Origin: Betaproteobacteria bacterium
GTDB lineage: Bacteria; Pseudomonadota; Gammaproteobacteria; Burkholderiales; UBA3065
Length of the DNA: 64,000 nucleotides
Direction of reading: 5' to 3'
Assembly (NCBI GenBank): GCA_027490755.1
Contig: JAIXXL010000021.1
Location: forward strand, 25,675-89,674
The position numbers were made by a program, and so were the translations under genes. Below, piece after piece: positions 9,437 through 20,344 of the stretch. Every line of letters begins with the position of its first letter. The first letter of the stretch is position 1. The notes under the pieces were generated by a model that searched no databases, had not been told where the DNA came from, and worked only from the letters and a program-made list of their open reading frames with translations.

Positions 9437-10471
9437 TTAGCCGTTTCTGGCCCGCCGCACCAGCGCATCGGTCAACTCGCGGGTGTTGGCCTTGCCGCCA
9501 AGGTCACCGGTGCGGATCTTGTCGACATTCAGCGTCTCGCCCACCGCCTTGCGCACGCGGGTGGCCTTGTCCTGCAGGCCAACGTGGTCGAGCATCATGG
9601 CGCTGGCCAAAATGAGCGCGATGGGGTTGGCGATGCCCTTGCCGGCGATGTCCGGCGCGCTGCCGTGCACCGCCTCGAAGATCGCTGCATCGGCGCCGAT
9701 ATTCGCGCCCGGTGCCATGCCCAGGCCGCCGACCAGGCCCGATGTCAGGTCCGAGAGGATGTCGCCGAACAGGTTGGTGGTGACCAGCACATCGAACTGC
9801 CACGGGTTCATCACCAGCTTCATGGCGCAGGCGTCGACGATGACCTCCTCGAACTCGATCCTGCCCTTGTAGCTCGCCTCGTACATCTCGCGGGCGGTCT
9901 CCAGGAAGATGCCGGTCAACGCCTTCATGATGTTGGCCTTGTGCACCACCGTGACCTTCTTGCGGCCGTTGGCGATGGCGTACTCGAACGCGTATTCCAG
10001 AATATGGCGCGAGCCCTGACGGGTGTTCACGCCGGTCGCCATGCCCACCGCGTGCGGGTCGTTGTCGATGGCGATGAAGTTCTCGAAGCCCATGTAGAGG
10101 CCCTCGAGGTTCTCGCGGCAGATGACCAGGTCGATGTTGTCGTAGCGGCCGCCGGGGATGATGGTCAGCGCCGGGCGGATGTTGGCGTACAGCTTGAAGG
10201 CCTCGCGCAGGCGCACGTTGATCGAGCGGAAGCCGCCGCCGGACGGCGTCTCGAGCGGGCCCTTGAGGCCCAGCCGGGTACGGCGGATGCTGTCCAGCGT
10301 GGCCTGCGGCAGCGGGTCGCCGGTGTCCTTGAGCGCGCCCATTCCGGCGATCTGCCGGTCCCACTCGAAGGGCGCCTCCACCGCATCCAGGACCGCCAGC
10401 GTGGCGTCCATGATCTCGGGCCCGATGCCGTCTCCGGCGATCAGGGTGGCGGGGATGATCTTGCGGGTCAT
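9437..10471 (-). CDS. Isocitrate/isopropylmalate dehydrogenase family protein (NAD-dependent IDH-like)
   Basis: Start taken at ATG 10471 ('MTRKIIPATLIAGDGIGPEI'). Family blocks 'NIRPALTIIPG', 'DLVICRENLEGLY', 'NLFGDILSDL' and 'FEAVHGSAPDIAGKG'. The upstream part of the track ORF has no homology-like content. Confidence 0.85.
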   Translation of the reverse strand: MTRKIIPATLIAGDGIGPEIMDATLAVLDAVEAPFEWDRQIAGMGALKDTGDPLPQATLDSIRRTRLGLKGPLETPSGGGFRSINVRLREAFKLYANIRPALTIIPGGRYDNIDLVICRENLEGLYMGFENFIAIDNDPHAVGMATGVNTRQGSRHILEYAFEYAIANGRKKVTVVHKANIMKALTGIFLETAREMYEASYKGRIEFEEVIVDACAMKLVMNPWQFDVLVTTNLFGDILSDLTSGLVGGLGMAPGANIGADAAIFEAVHGSAPDIAGKGIANPIALILASAMMLDHVGLQDKATRVRKAVGETLNVDKIRTGDLGGKANTRELTDALVRRARNG

Positions 10472-10585
10472 GGGGCCTTCCGTGATGGTGACGGGAACGC
10501 AGTCGAAGCGAGGCGGCGGTGCTGGGGAGCCGGTAGCATTGCGTGCCGAGCCCCCTGCAAAACCGCCCGACTCTGGCACCCCCGC

Positions 10586-13500
10586 ATGACCGCTTCCTTA
10601 CCGCCGATCAACGACACCCTCGACACCCTGGAGCCGACTTCCAGCTGGGTGGTGGAGGCCTGCGCCGGCAGCGGCAAGACCTGGCTTCTGGTCAGCCGTA
10701 TTGTGCGCCTTTTGCTGGATGGCGCGCAGCCGCGGAGCATCCTCGGCATCACCTTCACGCGCCGCGCCGCGCGCGAGATGCGGCAGCGTCTCGACGAGTG
10801 GCTGTGGCTGCTGGCCAGCGCCCCGGACGATCAAGCCGCCGCGTTTCTGACCGAGCGCGGTGTACCCGCCGAGCGGCTGCCAGTGCTGCTGCCACGCGCC
10901 CGCGCGCTCTACGAGACGGTCCTCAACGACCCGGTCGGCGTGCGCCTCGACACCTTTCATTCGTGGTTCCTTGACCTGATCGACGCGTCGCCGCTGGACT
11001 GCCCGCAGGGTGGGCGCAGCCTCGCCGAGGCCACCGGCGCGCTCGAGGATGAGGCGTGGCGGGCGCTGATGGCCGAGGCTGGCGGCGCTGCCGGGCCTGC
11101 GCCGGCCGACGGCGACGACGAGGAGGGTGCGGACCAGGGCACGCTGGCGGTCGCCGCGGCGCTGCGGCGGCTGTGGCGGCACCTCAGCCCGGCCGCAACG
11201 CGCGACCTGCTGGTGTCACTGATGCGCCAGCGCGCCGCCTTGCGCCGGCTCGACCCCGGGCGCGCCGATCTGCCCGCTGCCGCCATGGCGGCGCTTGAGG
11301 CAGCGTTTCCCTGCGCCGCCGGCGCCGACCCCTTCGGCGCCTGGCTGCAGCGCGACGCGGGCCGACTGCGCGCCCTGGCCGACGCCCTCTCCGATGCCGA
11401 CAAGCACGGGCCGACGCAACGCGACGCCATCCTCGCCGCGCTGCAGGCGCCGGCCGATGCCCGCCGGCGCACCGCGCTCTGCCGCGTGTTCCTCAAGGGC
11501 GATGACGGGGTGGCCGCAAACCCCTTTCCCAAGACCCGCCGCACGGCCTATGGCCAGGCTGGCGAGGCGGTGGCAGCGGCCTTCATCGATCTGGTGCACG
11601 CCTGCCACGCCGCACGCGAGGCGCAGGTGCACCGCGACTGGCTGGACCTGCACGCCGACCTGTTTCCGCTGGCGGCCCGCCTGCTGCAGCACTACGAGCG
11701 GGCCAAGGCGACCGCTCGCGTCATCGACTTCGCCGACGTCGAGGACCGCGCCGTGGAGGAGTTGGCCGACGGCGAACGCCACGCCTACCTGATGGCGCGG
11801 CTGGATGCCCGCTACCGGCACGTCCTGCTCGACGAGTTCCAGGACACCAGCCCGCTGCAGTGGCTGGCGCTGGAGGCCTGGTTCAGCGCGGTCCGCGATG
11901 CTGGCACCGGCCTGACCGTATTCATGGTGGGCGACCCCAAGCAGTCGATCTACCGTTTCCGTGGCGCCGAGCCCTTGTTGTTCGACGCCGCCCGCGTCTG
12001 GCTGCAGGACAAGGGTAATTTTGGCGCCGGCACCCGCCGCACCGACAAGACCCGGCGCAACCCGGCCCGTGTCACGGATCTGGTCAACGCCGTGTTCGAT
12101 GGCCGCCCGGATTTTGCCGGCTTTGCCAGCCACAGCACCGCAAGCGCCATCGACGGCAGCGTGCTGGCGTTGTCGCTGTTCGAGCCGCCGCCGAAGGATG
12201 CGGGCGCGACATCCGCCGAGGCCGCAGCTGATGGGCAGGAGCAGGACGCCGCCGGCGCGGACGCAGACGATCTGGTCTGGCGCGACCTCCTTGCCGAGCC
12301 GCGCAGCGACCCGGAAGAGTCGAGCCGGGCCCGCGAGGCGCGCGAGGTGGCGGGCTGCATCGCCGACTGGGTGGCACGCGCGCGCGTGCCGGACGGCCAC
12401 GGCGCCGACCGCCCGGCCCGTTACGGCGACGTCGCCATCCTGTTCCGGACGCGCGCAAACCACGCGGTGTTCGAGCGCGCGCTGGCGCAGGAGGGCATCC
12501 CCAGCCTGAGCGATGGCGGCGATGGGCTGCTGGACACGCTCGAGGTCAGCGACCTGCGGGCGCTGCTGCGCTGCCTGATCGACCCGTCGGCGGATCTGGA
12601 GCTGGCGCAGACCCTGCGCTCGCCCATGTTCGGCGCGCCCACGGCGGCGCTGGCGAGCCTGGCCGCGGCCGCCGCCGATGCCGGCTCGTGGTGGTCCGGG
12701 CTCGAGGCGCTGGCGGCAGGCGGTGGCGACTGGGCGGTCTGGCGCAGCCGTCTTGCCGCTTGGCGCGAGCTGTCGCAGCGGCTGCCGGTGCACGACCTGC
12801 TCGACCGCGTCTACCACGAGGCCGGTCTGCCGGATGCCTACTGCGCGGTGCTGCCACCCGCCATGGCCAGCGTGGCGCGCGCCAACCTGGATGCCTTCCT
12901 CAACCTGGCGCTGGACATGGACGGTGGCCGCCAGCCGGGCGTCGCTGCGTTCCTCGCCCGTCTGCAGGACCTGCGCACGCGCGAGTCGGATGCCGCACCG
13001 GCGATCGCGCCGCCGCTCGAGAGCCCAGACGCGGTGCGGCTGCTCACCGTCCACTCGGCGAAGGGGCTCGAGTGGCCGATGGTCTGGCTGGCCGATGCCG
13101 CGGCCAAGGGGCGCGGCGACGGCGCCGGCGCGCTGGTCAACTGGCATCCGGGCAGCCCGCGCCCGGCCTGGGTCGGCTGCCGCTTCGCCAGCGAGGGCCC
13201 CCTGCGTGGGCCGGCGGCCTTGCTGCAGCATCTGGACCAGAACCGCGAACACGCGAGCCGCGAGATGCTCAACCTGCTCTACGTCGCGCTGACGCGTTGC
13301 CGGCAGGCGTTCGGTATCAGCGCATCGGTCGGCCGCAGGCCCGCGGCCAACCACTGGTACGCCGAGGTGGCGCTGCGGTGCGCCGAACTGGGCATCGAGC
13401 CGCTCAACGCAGCGCCCCGACGCCCGTCCGGTGGTGCGGGTGCGGGGGCTGGTGCGTCGGGCGGGCAAGGTACCGTGCCCGTTGCCCCTGCGGCCCTGCC

Positions 13501-14005
13501 TGTGCCGGTGCTCCAACAGCCGGTCGGCCAGCGTCGCGATCCGCCGGCCGAGATTAGTGATGCGCAGCGGGACGGCCTGCTGGTGCATGCGGTGATGCAG
13601 TGGTTGGCACCACCGGCCGCGCCCCGCGACGAAGAGGCGCTGGCGCAGCTGCTCGGTGTCGATGCCGCGACGCTGGCCGGGCCGCTGGCGCGCGCCAGGG
13701 CATGGCTTGCTCAGGCTCATCTCGCGCATCTGTTCGACCCGGCAGGCTATGAGGCGGCCTTCAACGAGTTTCCGCTGATCGACGCGGACGGTAGCCAGCG
13801 GCGTATCGACCGGCTGGTGCTGGCCCCGGGCGAGGCCTGGGTGGTCGATTACAAGAGTGGTGGCCTGGACGAGCAGACGATGGCGACCTACCGCAACCAG
13901 GTTCAGGCGTACCGGCGCGCGGTCGCCGCCATCTGGCCAGACCGCAGGGTGCGTGCCGGGCTTGTGGTGGGCGAGGGCGATTGGGTGCCGATAGATCAGG
14001 GCTGA
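10586..14005 (+). CDS. UvrD/Rep-type helicase with C-terminal PD-(D/E)XK nuclease (AddA-like)
   Basis: Start at ATG 10586 ('MTASLPPIND...VVEACAGSGKTWLLVSR'). Helicase motifs 'ITFTRRAAREM', 'LLDEFQDTSPLQW' and 'VGDPKQSIYRFRGA'. C-terminal nuclease block 'RIDRLVL...AWVVDYKSG'. The 5' third of the 1473-aa track ORF is antisense to the dehydrogenase gene. Confidence 0.8.
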   Translation: MTASLPPINDTLDTLEPTSSWVVEACAGSGKTWLLVSRIVRLLLDGAQPRSILGITFTRRAAREMRQRLDEWLWLLASAPDDQAAAFLTERGVPAERLPVLLPRARALYETVLNDPVGVRLDTFHSWFLDLIDASPLDCPQGGRSLAEATGALEDEAWRALMAEAGGAAGPAPADGDDEEGADQGTLAVAAALRRLWRHLSPAATRDLLVSLMRQRAALRRLDPGRADLPAAAMAALEAAFPCAAGADPFGAWLQRDAGRLRALADALSDADKHGPTQRDAILAALQAPADARRRTALCRVFLKGDDGVAANPFPKTRRTAYGQAGEAVAAAFIDLVHACHAAREAQVHRDWLDLHADLFPLAARLLQHYERAKATARVIDFADVEDRAVEELADGERHAYLMARLDARYRHVLLDEFQDTSPLQWLALEAWFSAVRDAGTGLTVFMVGDPKQSIYRFRGAEPLLFDAARVWLQDKGNFGAGTRRTDKTRRNPARVTDLVNAVFDGRPDFAGFASHSTASAIDGSVLALSLFEPPPKDAGATSAEAAADGQEQDAAGADADDLVWRDLLAEPRSDPEESSRAREAREVAGCIADWVARARVPDGHGADRPARYGDVAILFRTRANHAVFERALAQEGIPSLSDGGDGLLDTLEVSDLRALLRCLIDPSADLELAQTLRSPMFGAPTAALASLAAAAADAGSWWSGLEALAAGGGDWAVWRSRLAAWRELSQRLPVHDLLDRVYHEAGLPDAYCAVLPPAMASVARANLDAFLNLALDMDGGRQPGVAAFLARLQDLRTRESDAAPAIAPPLESPDAVRLLTVHSAKGLEWPMVWLADAAAKGRGDGAGALVNWHPGSPRPAWVGCRFASEGPLRGPAALLQHLDQNREHASREMLNLLYVALTRCRQAFGISASVGRRPAANHWYAEVALRCAELGIEPLNAAPRRPSGGAGAGAGASGGQGTVPVAPAALPVPVLQQPVGQRRDPPAEISDAQRDGLLVHAVMQWLAPPAAPRDEEALAQLLGVDAATLAGPLARARAWLAQAHLAHLFDPAGYEAAFNEFPLIDADGSQRRIDRLVLAPGEAWVVDYKSGGLDEQTMATYRNQVQAYRRAVAAIWPDRRVRAGLVVGEGDWVPIDQG

Positions 14006-14022
14006 TTCGGAGACAATGCGGT

Positions 14023-14786
14023 ATGAGCCAGAACACACCCATGCGCCCCATAGGCGCCTTCATCATTGGCGACGAGATCCTCTCGGGCAAGCGCAAGGAC
14101 AGCCACCTGGCGCATGTCATCGCCACCCTGCGCGCCCGCGGCCTGGCGCTGTCCTGGGCGCTCTACCTGGGTGACGATCGCGAGCGGCTGATCGACGAAC
14201 TGCGCCGCAGCATGGCCAGCAACGCCCTGGTGTTCTCGTTCGGCGGCATCGGCGCCACACCCGACGACCACACGCGTCAGGCGGCCGCCACGGCCGCCGG
14301 CCTGCCGCTGGAGCGGCACCCCGGCGCGGTGGCCCTGATCGAGGCGCAGTTCGGCGAATCGGCCTACCCCAAGCGCGTGCTGATGGCCGACCTGCCGCGC
14401 GACGCCGGCCTCATCCCCAACCCGGTCAACCGCGTGCCCGGCTTCTTCGTCGGGGAGCACCATTTCTTCCCCGGCTTCCCCGACATGGCCTGGCCGATGC
14501 TCGACTGGGTGCTGGCCGAGCGCTACCCCGAGTGGCGCGCCGAGCCCGAGGTCGAGCTGGCGATCCGCGTCAGCGGCGCCGGCGAGAGTCAGCTGATCGA
14601 CCTGATGGAGCGCGTGGTGCGTGACCACCCGGCCTGCAAGCTGTTCAGCCTGCCCAGCCTCAAGCCGGTGCGCACCATCGAGCTGGGTGTGCGCGGCCTG
14701 CGCGTCGATTGCGAGCCCGCCATCGCCGCCCTGCAGGACGGTGTCACCGCCGCCGGCTTCGGCTGGGAGCGGATGGCGGACCGGGT

Positions 14787-14790
<4 letters not shown>
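14023..14790 (+). CDS. CinA-like molybdopterin-binding (MoCF-biosynthesis) domain protein
   Basis: '[20 protein letters not shown]...[17 protein letters not shown]' is typical of the CinA N-terminal/MoaB-MogA fold. ATG at 14023. Confidence 0.7.
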
Positions 14791-15266
<476 letters not shown>

Positions 15267-15370
15267 GTCCGGATGAGGTGTCCGTGTAAGAGGGCAGGGG
15301 GAACACCTGCGCCGAGAACGTATCCTAGCAATACCACCCTCATGCGCGCCCCGCGACCCGACGCCGTCAC

Positions 15371-16825
15371 GTGTCTGCCACGTCATCCTCACTCCGACTC
15401 CCGCTGCTGCTGACCGGCCTGATGCTGGCCATGGCCAGTCCGGCCATCGAGCTGCCCGATCTCGGCGATCCTTCGTCTGGTGTGCTCTCGCCGGTGATGG
15501 AGCGCAAGCTCGGCGAGCAGATCATGACCGACGTCCGCAACGACCCCGGTTACCTGCGCGACGTCGAGATGGTGCAGTACCTCAACGAGCTGGCCGACCG
15601 CCTGCTGGCGGGCTCGCCCGACAAGTCGACACCGATCACCGTGTTCGCCGTTCGCGACCGCAGCATCAACGCCTTCGCTCTGCCCGGCGGTTTCATCGGC
15701 GTGCACACTGGCCTGATGCGCTCGGCGCAGAACGAGTCCGAGCTGGCCGGGGTGATGGGCCACGAGATCTCGCACGTGACCCAGCGCCACATCGCGCGCT
15801 TCTTCGAGAAGCAGCAGTCCAACTCGGTGCCCATGCTGCTGTCGTTGGCGGTCGCCCTGCTGGCGGCGCGCTCCAGCCCCGAACTCGCGGCAGCGGCCAT
15901 GACCGTGCCGCAGGCGGTGGCCATGCAGAGCGCGCTCAACTTCAGCCGCGACAACGAGCGCGAGGCCGACCGCCTGGGCTACCAGATGCTGGTCAGCGGC
16001 GGCTTCGACCCCTTGGGCATGGCCGGCTTCTTCGCCCGCCTGCAGGACGCCACGCGCTTCCTCGAGAACAACGCGCCGGCCTACCTGCGCACGCACCCGC
16101 TCACCCAGGAGCGGATGGCCGACATGCAGAACCGCTCGCAGCAGACCGGCTACAAGCAGGTCCCCGACAACCGCGACTTCCAGTTGCTGCGCGCCAAGGC
16201 GCGCGCCGCAGAGGGCGAGGCGCGCGACGCGGTGGCTGCCTTCCGCCAGCCCGATGGTCTGCGCGGCATGCCCGAGGCAGCCCGCCAGTACGGGCTCGGC
16301 CAGGCCTTGATGCGAGCCGGCGACCTCAAGCAGTCGCGCACCGCGCTGGAGGCCGCCCGCCGCGAGTGGCCGGACCACGCGATCATCGAATCGGCGTGGG
16401 GACGGCTGCTCGGCCAGCCCGGCGGCGATCGCGCCACCGCCGAGGCCTTCTACGAGTCGGCCACCAGGCGCTTCCCGCGCAGTCGCGGGCTGGTCCACGA
16501 CCAGGCGCGCTGGCTGCTCGACAATGCTCTGGGCGCCAAGGCCATGCCGCTGCTGCAGCAGCAGACGCGCAACTACCCCGGCGACCTCGACCTGCTGCCC
16601 CTGCTGGCGCGCGCCTACGCCGACACCGGCCGCCAACTGATGTCGCACTCCACGCTGGCCGAGTACCACGCCCGCCGCAACGAGCTCAACCGCGCCATCG
16701 AGCAGCTGCGCATCGCCCTGCTGGCGGGCGACGGCAACTTCTACGAGCTGTCGGTGGCCGAGGCACGCAAGCGTGAGCTCGAGGCGCTCGAGCGCGAACG
16801 CAAGGCCGAGCGCGAGAAGCGCTGA
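15371..16825 (+). CDS. M48-family periplasmic metalloprotease with TPR region (BepA/YfgC-like)
   Basis: Signal-like N-terminus, zinc motif '[14 protein letters not shown]', C-terminal TPR-like repeats. GTG start at 15371. Confidence 0.8.
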   Translation: MSATSSSLRLPLLLTGLMLAMASPAIELPDLGDPSSGVLSPVMERKLGEQIMTDVRNDPGYLRDVEMVQYLNELADRLLAGSPDKSTPITVFAVRDRSINAFALPGGFIGVHTGLMRSAQNESELAGVMGHEISHVTQRHIARFFEKQQSNSVPMLLSLAVALLAARSSPELAAAAMTVPQAVAMQSALNFSRDNEREADRLGYQMLVSGGFDPLGMAGFFARLQDATRFLENNAPAYLRTHPLTQERMADMQNRSQQTGYKQVPDNRDFQLLRAKARAAEGEARDAVAAFRQPDGLRGMPEAARQYGLGQALMRAGDLKQSRTALEAARREWPDHAIIESAWGRLLGQPGGDRATAEAFYESATRRFPRSRGLVHDQARWLLDNALGAKAMPLLQQQTRNYPGDLDLLPLLARAYADTGRQLMSHSTLAEYHARRNELNRAIEQLRIALLAGDGNFYELSVAEARKRELEALERERKAEREKR

Positions 16826-16840
16826 CGCGCAGCTGGTCGG

Positions 16841-18160
16841 TCAGGCGAGGGCGTATGCGCCGATGCCCAGCGCCGCGCCGGCGGTCACCAGCCGCACGCC
16901 GGTCAGCCCGAACCGCCACCGCAGCGTGCCCAAAGCGACCAGCAGCGCCGCCGCCTGCAGGTCGAGCCCACCCGACAGGCGCGCCTCGACCCAGCCGGCC
17001 GGCCACAGCACGTGCGCGGCGAAGGTCAGCCCCAACGCCGTCACCAGCCCCGCCACCGCCGCCGAGATGCCGCGCAGCGGTGCGCGCAGCCAGGCCAGGT
17101 CGCGACTGCGTTCGACCCACGGCGCGCCGACCAGGACGAAGGCGAACGAGGGCAGGAAGGTGAACAGTGTCACCACCAGCGCCGCGCCAAGGGCCAGGCC
17201 GGCATCACCGCCGCCCGCGTTCCAGCCGGCCATGAAGCCGATGTAGCTGTTGACCAGGATGAGCGGGCCGGGCGTGGTCTCGCCCAGCGCCAGACCGTCG
17301 ATCATCTGCGCCGGCGACAGCCACTGCGCCTCGCGCACGGCGACGTCGAACACATACGGCAGCACGGCATAGGCGCCGCCAAAGGTGACCAGCGCGGCGC
17401 GGGTGAAGAAGTCCGCCAGCTCGCCGAGCAGGGGCGGGCCGGTGCCTACGCCCAGCCGGCAGGCCGCCCACGCCAGCAGTGCGGCGCCGACGCCGGCCAG
17501 CAGCCGGCGGAGCGAGGGCGCGCGAACGCGTACCGGTAGGGGCCCGGGCTCGTTGTCTGGCGCCTGGCCGGCGGCGTGGCCTTGCACCGGGTGTGGTGCT
17601 GCCTCGCCGCGGCGCCCCACCCACCACCCGGCCAGCGCTGCCAGCCCGATGATCGCGGCGAAGTGCAGCAGGCCCGAGACCGTCGCCGCGAGGGCGGCGC
17701 CGGCGATCAGGCCCTCGCGTCCGCGTAGCTGCCCGGCCATGCGCCACGCCGCCGCCGCCACCAGCACCACCACCGCCGGCTTGAGCCCGGCCAGCGCCGC
17801 CCCCACCGCCGGCAGCTGCCCCCAGCCGGCGATCAGCCACGACAGCCCCAGCACCAGCAGCAGGCCCGGCAGGATGAACAGCATCCCGGCGGCGATGCCG
17901 CCTGCCCGCCCGTAGAGCAGCCAGCCCAGGTAGGTGGCCAGTTGCTGCGCCTCGGGGCCGGGCAGCACCATGCAGTAGCCGAGCGCGTGGCGGAACGCGG
18001 CCTCGCCGAGCCAGCCGCGTCGCTCGACCAGTTCCTCGTGCATCAGCGCGATCTGTCCGGCCGGGCCGCCGAAACCAGTCGCGCCGATGCGCAGCCAGAC
18101 CGACAGGAAGTCGCGTGGCGCGGGCGTTGGGCTCATGTTCTTGGCGGGTTCAGGGTTCAT
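16841..18160 (-). CDS. chrA: Chromate transporter (CHR family)
   Basis: 439-aa polytopic ORF with duplicated CHR halves ('FLSVWLRIGATGFGGPAGQIALMHEELVERRGWL', 'FGGAYAVLPYV'). Confidence 0.8.
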   Translation of the reverse strand: MNPEPAKNMSPTPAPRDFLSVWLRIGATGFGGPAGQIALMHEELVERRGWLGEAAFRHALGYCMVLPGPEAQQLATYLGWLLYGRAGGIAAGMLFILPGLLLVLGLSWLIAGWGQLPAVGAALAGLKPAVVVLVAAAAWRMAGQLRGREGLIAGAALAATVSGLLHFAAIIGLAALAGWWVGRRGEAAPHPVQGHAAGQAPDNEPGPLPVRVRAPSLRRLLAGVGAALLAWAACRLGVGTGPPLLGELADFFTRAALVTFGGAYAVLPYVFDVAVREAQWLSPAQMIDGLALGETTPGPLILVNSYIGFMAGWNAGGGDAGLALGAALVVTLFTFLPSFAFVLVGAPWVERSRDLAWLRAPLRGISAAVAGLVTALGLTFAAHVLWPAGWVEARLSGGLDLQAAALLVALGTLRWRFGLTGVRLVTAGAALGIGAYALA

Positions 18161-18250
18161 GCTGGGGCGGGAATCTGGTATTCTGGCGATCTGTGTTGAT
18201 CATGCAGTTGTTCGTGGGCCGTCGAGCCCATTTTTTATTTCTGCGAGACG

Positions 18251-18724
18251 ATGAAGGGTGCTGATGAAGTCGTAAGGTCTGTGGCAGCCGGGCTGGGGTT
18301 CGATGTGATCGACATCGAGCGCGCCGCCGGCGGCCGTCTGCTGCGCGTCTTCATCGATCGCCCCTGGGACGGGGTCACGCCTTACTCCGCGACCGAGGCC
18401 GGCAACGGCGTCACCATTGACGACTGCACCCTGCTGAGCAACCAGCTCACGCGTGTCTTCATGGTCGAGGACATCGACTACGAACGGCTCGAGGTCTCTT
18501 CGCCGGGGCTCGACCGTATCGTCCGCCGCGAGCAGGACTTTCCGCGATTTGTCGGGCAGCGCATGCGGGTCACGCTGCGCATGCCGATCGAGGGCCGCAC
18601 GCGGGTGCTGGTGGGCGTCCTGATGGCGGCAGGTGACGGGAGTTTGACCATGCAGGTCGACAACCGGACCCACACCGTAGAGATTGGCAACGTCGAGAAG
18701 GCCCGCCTGGTGCCTGCTTTCTGA
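18251..18724 (+). CDS. rimP: Ribosome maturation factor RimP
   Basis: 157 aa, 'LLRVFIDRP...GVTIDDCTLLSNQL...LEVSSPGLDR'. First gene of the rimP-nusA-infB operon. Confidence 0.85.
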   Translation: MKGADEVVRSVAAGLGFDVIDIERAAGGRLLRVFIDRPWDGVTPYSATEAGNGVTIDDCTLLSNQLTRVFMVEDIDYERLEVSSPGLDRIVRREQDFPRFVGQRMRVTLRMPIEGRTRVLVGVLMAAGDGSLTMQVDNRTHTVEIGNVEKARLVPAF

Positions 18725-18759
18725 AAGATAGAAAAAGTTTGAAAGGCTGAGACGCTGAG

Positions 18760-20262
18760 ATGAAATCCGAGATCCTGATGCTGGTCGATGCGCTGGCCCG
18801 CGAAAAGAACGTCGACCGCGAGACGGTGTTCGTCGCGCTCGAACTGGCGCTGGCGTCTGCCACCAAGAAGGCTTGGCAGGCGACGCAGAAGGTTGTCGAG
18901 GATGCCGACATCGTCGTGCGCATCGACCGCGAGACCGGCGAGTACGCCGCCAACCGCCGCTGGAAGGTCGTCGCCGACGACGAGAACGAGCCGTTCGAAT
19001 TCCCCGACTACCAGTACCTGCTGCAGGAAGCCCAGGAAGAGGACCCCGCCAAGCAGGTCGGTGACTATATCGAGCAAGCGATGGAGGCCGTCGACTTCGG
19101 CCGCATCGGCGCCCAGGCCGCCAAGCAGGTCATTCTGCAGCGCGTGCGCGACGCCGAGCGCGAGCAGTTGCTGAACGACTTCCTCGACCGCGACGAGAAG
19201 CTGGTCACCGGTACCGTCAAGCGCCTTGACCGCATGGGCATGATCATCGAGAGCGGCAAGCTCGAGGCCCTGCTGCCGCGCGAGCACATGATCCCGAAGG
19301 AGAATCTTCGCGTCGGTGACCGCGTCCGTGCCTTCGTACTGCGCGTGGACCGTCAGGCCCGCGGGCCGCAACTCATCCTGTCGCGCACCTCGCCCGACTT
19401 CATCATCCATCTGTTTGAGCTCGAGGTCCCGGAGATGCAGGAGGATCTGCTCGAGATCCGTGCCGCTGCCCGCGACCCGGGCCTGCGCGCCAAGATCGCG
19501 GTGAAGAGCAACGACGCCCGCGTCGACCCGATCGGCACCTGCGTCGGCATGCGCGGCTCGCGCGTGCAGGCGGTCACCAACGAACTCGCCGGCGAGCGCG
19601 TCGACATCATCCTCTGGTCGGATGATCCGGCCAGCTTTGTCATCAAGGCGCTGCAGCCGGCCGAGGTCAGCAGCATCGTCGTCGACGAGGAACTCCACTC
19701 GATGGACGTGGTGGTGCAGGAAGACCAGCTCGCCCAAGCCATCGGCCGCGGTGGCCAGAACGTGCGCCTGGCCTCCGAGCTCACCGGCTGGCAGCTGAAC
19801 ATCGTCACCGTCGAAGAGGCGGCGCAGAAGAGTGCCGAGGAATCCGACTCGATCCGCCATCTGTTCATGGAGAAGCTGGACCTGGACGAGGAGGTCGCAG
19901 ACGTGCTGATCGCCGAGGGCTTCAGCACGCTCGAGGAGATCGCCTACGTGCCGGTTTCAGAGATGCTGGAGATCGAGGGCTTCGACGAGGACGTCGTCAA
20001 CGAACTGCGCGAGCGCGCCCGCAACGTGCTGCTCACCGAGGCACTGGTGAGTGAAGAGCGGGTCGAGGAAGCAGCCGACATCGCCACGCTCGAGGGCATC
20101 GACGACGACACCATCGCCGTGCTGACCAAGGTCGGCATCCACACGCAGCAGGCGCTGGCGGATCTCGCCACCGACGAACTGGTGGAGATGACCGGCATGG
20201 ACGAGTCGCGCGCCACCGCCCTCATCATGAAGGCGCGTGCGCCGTTGTTCGCGGCGGATTGA
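18760..20262 (+). CDS. nusA: Transcription termination/antitermination factor NusA
   Basis: 500 aa, '[21 protein letters not shown]', S1/KH regions ('[21 protein letters not shown]', '[18 protein letters not shown]'). Confidence 0.95.
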   Translation: MKSEILMLVDALAREKNVDRETVFVALELALASATKKAWQATQKVVEDADIVVRIDRETGEYAANRRWKVVADDENEPFEFPDYQYLLQEAQEEDPAKQVGDYIEQAMEAVDFGRIGAQAAKQVILQRVRDAEREQLLNDFLDRDEKLVTGTVKRLDRMGMIIESGKLEALLPREHMIPKENLRVGDRVRAFVLRVDRQARGPQLILSRTSPDFIIHLFELEVPEMQEDLLEIRAAARDPGLRAKIAVKSNDARVDPIGTCVGMRGSRVQAVTNELAGERVDIILWSDDPASFVIKALQPAEVSSIVVDEELHSMDVVVQEDQLAQAIGRGGQNVRLASELTGWQLNIVTVEEAAQKSAEESDSIRHLFMEKLDLDEEVADVLIAEGFSTLEEIAYVPVSEMLEIEGFDEDVVNELRERARNVLLTEALVSEERVEEAADIATLEGIDDDTIAVLTKVGIHTQQALADLATDELVEMTGMDESRATALIMKARAPLFAAD

Positions 20263-20344
20263 GCGGCAACGGGATCTTGCAGGGCAGTCAAGCAGCGGCA
20301 TACATATTGATCAGCACGCGAAGCGTGCAAGGACAGCGTAGAAG

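Noticed and set aside
9584-10585. 5' extension that makes the AddA-like ORF 1473 aa long
   Set aside because: This part is antisense to the well-supported dehydrogenase gene and has no helicase-like content. The helicase N-terminus (Walker A 'AGSGKT') follows the ATG at 10586.
11216-14038. 940-aa minus-strand ORF
   Set aside because: Shadow ORF opposite the AddA-like gene, with a low-complexity Arg/Gly/Ala-rich translation and no motifs.
15267-15370. Possible Moco riboswitch upstream of moaC
   Set aside because: The spacer is only about 100 nt, and I could not find the conserved Moco-motif helices. No support.
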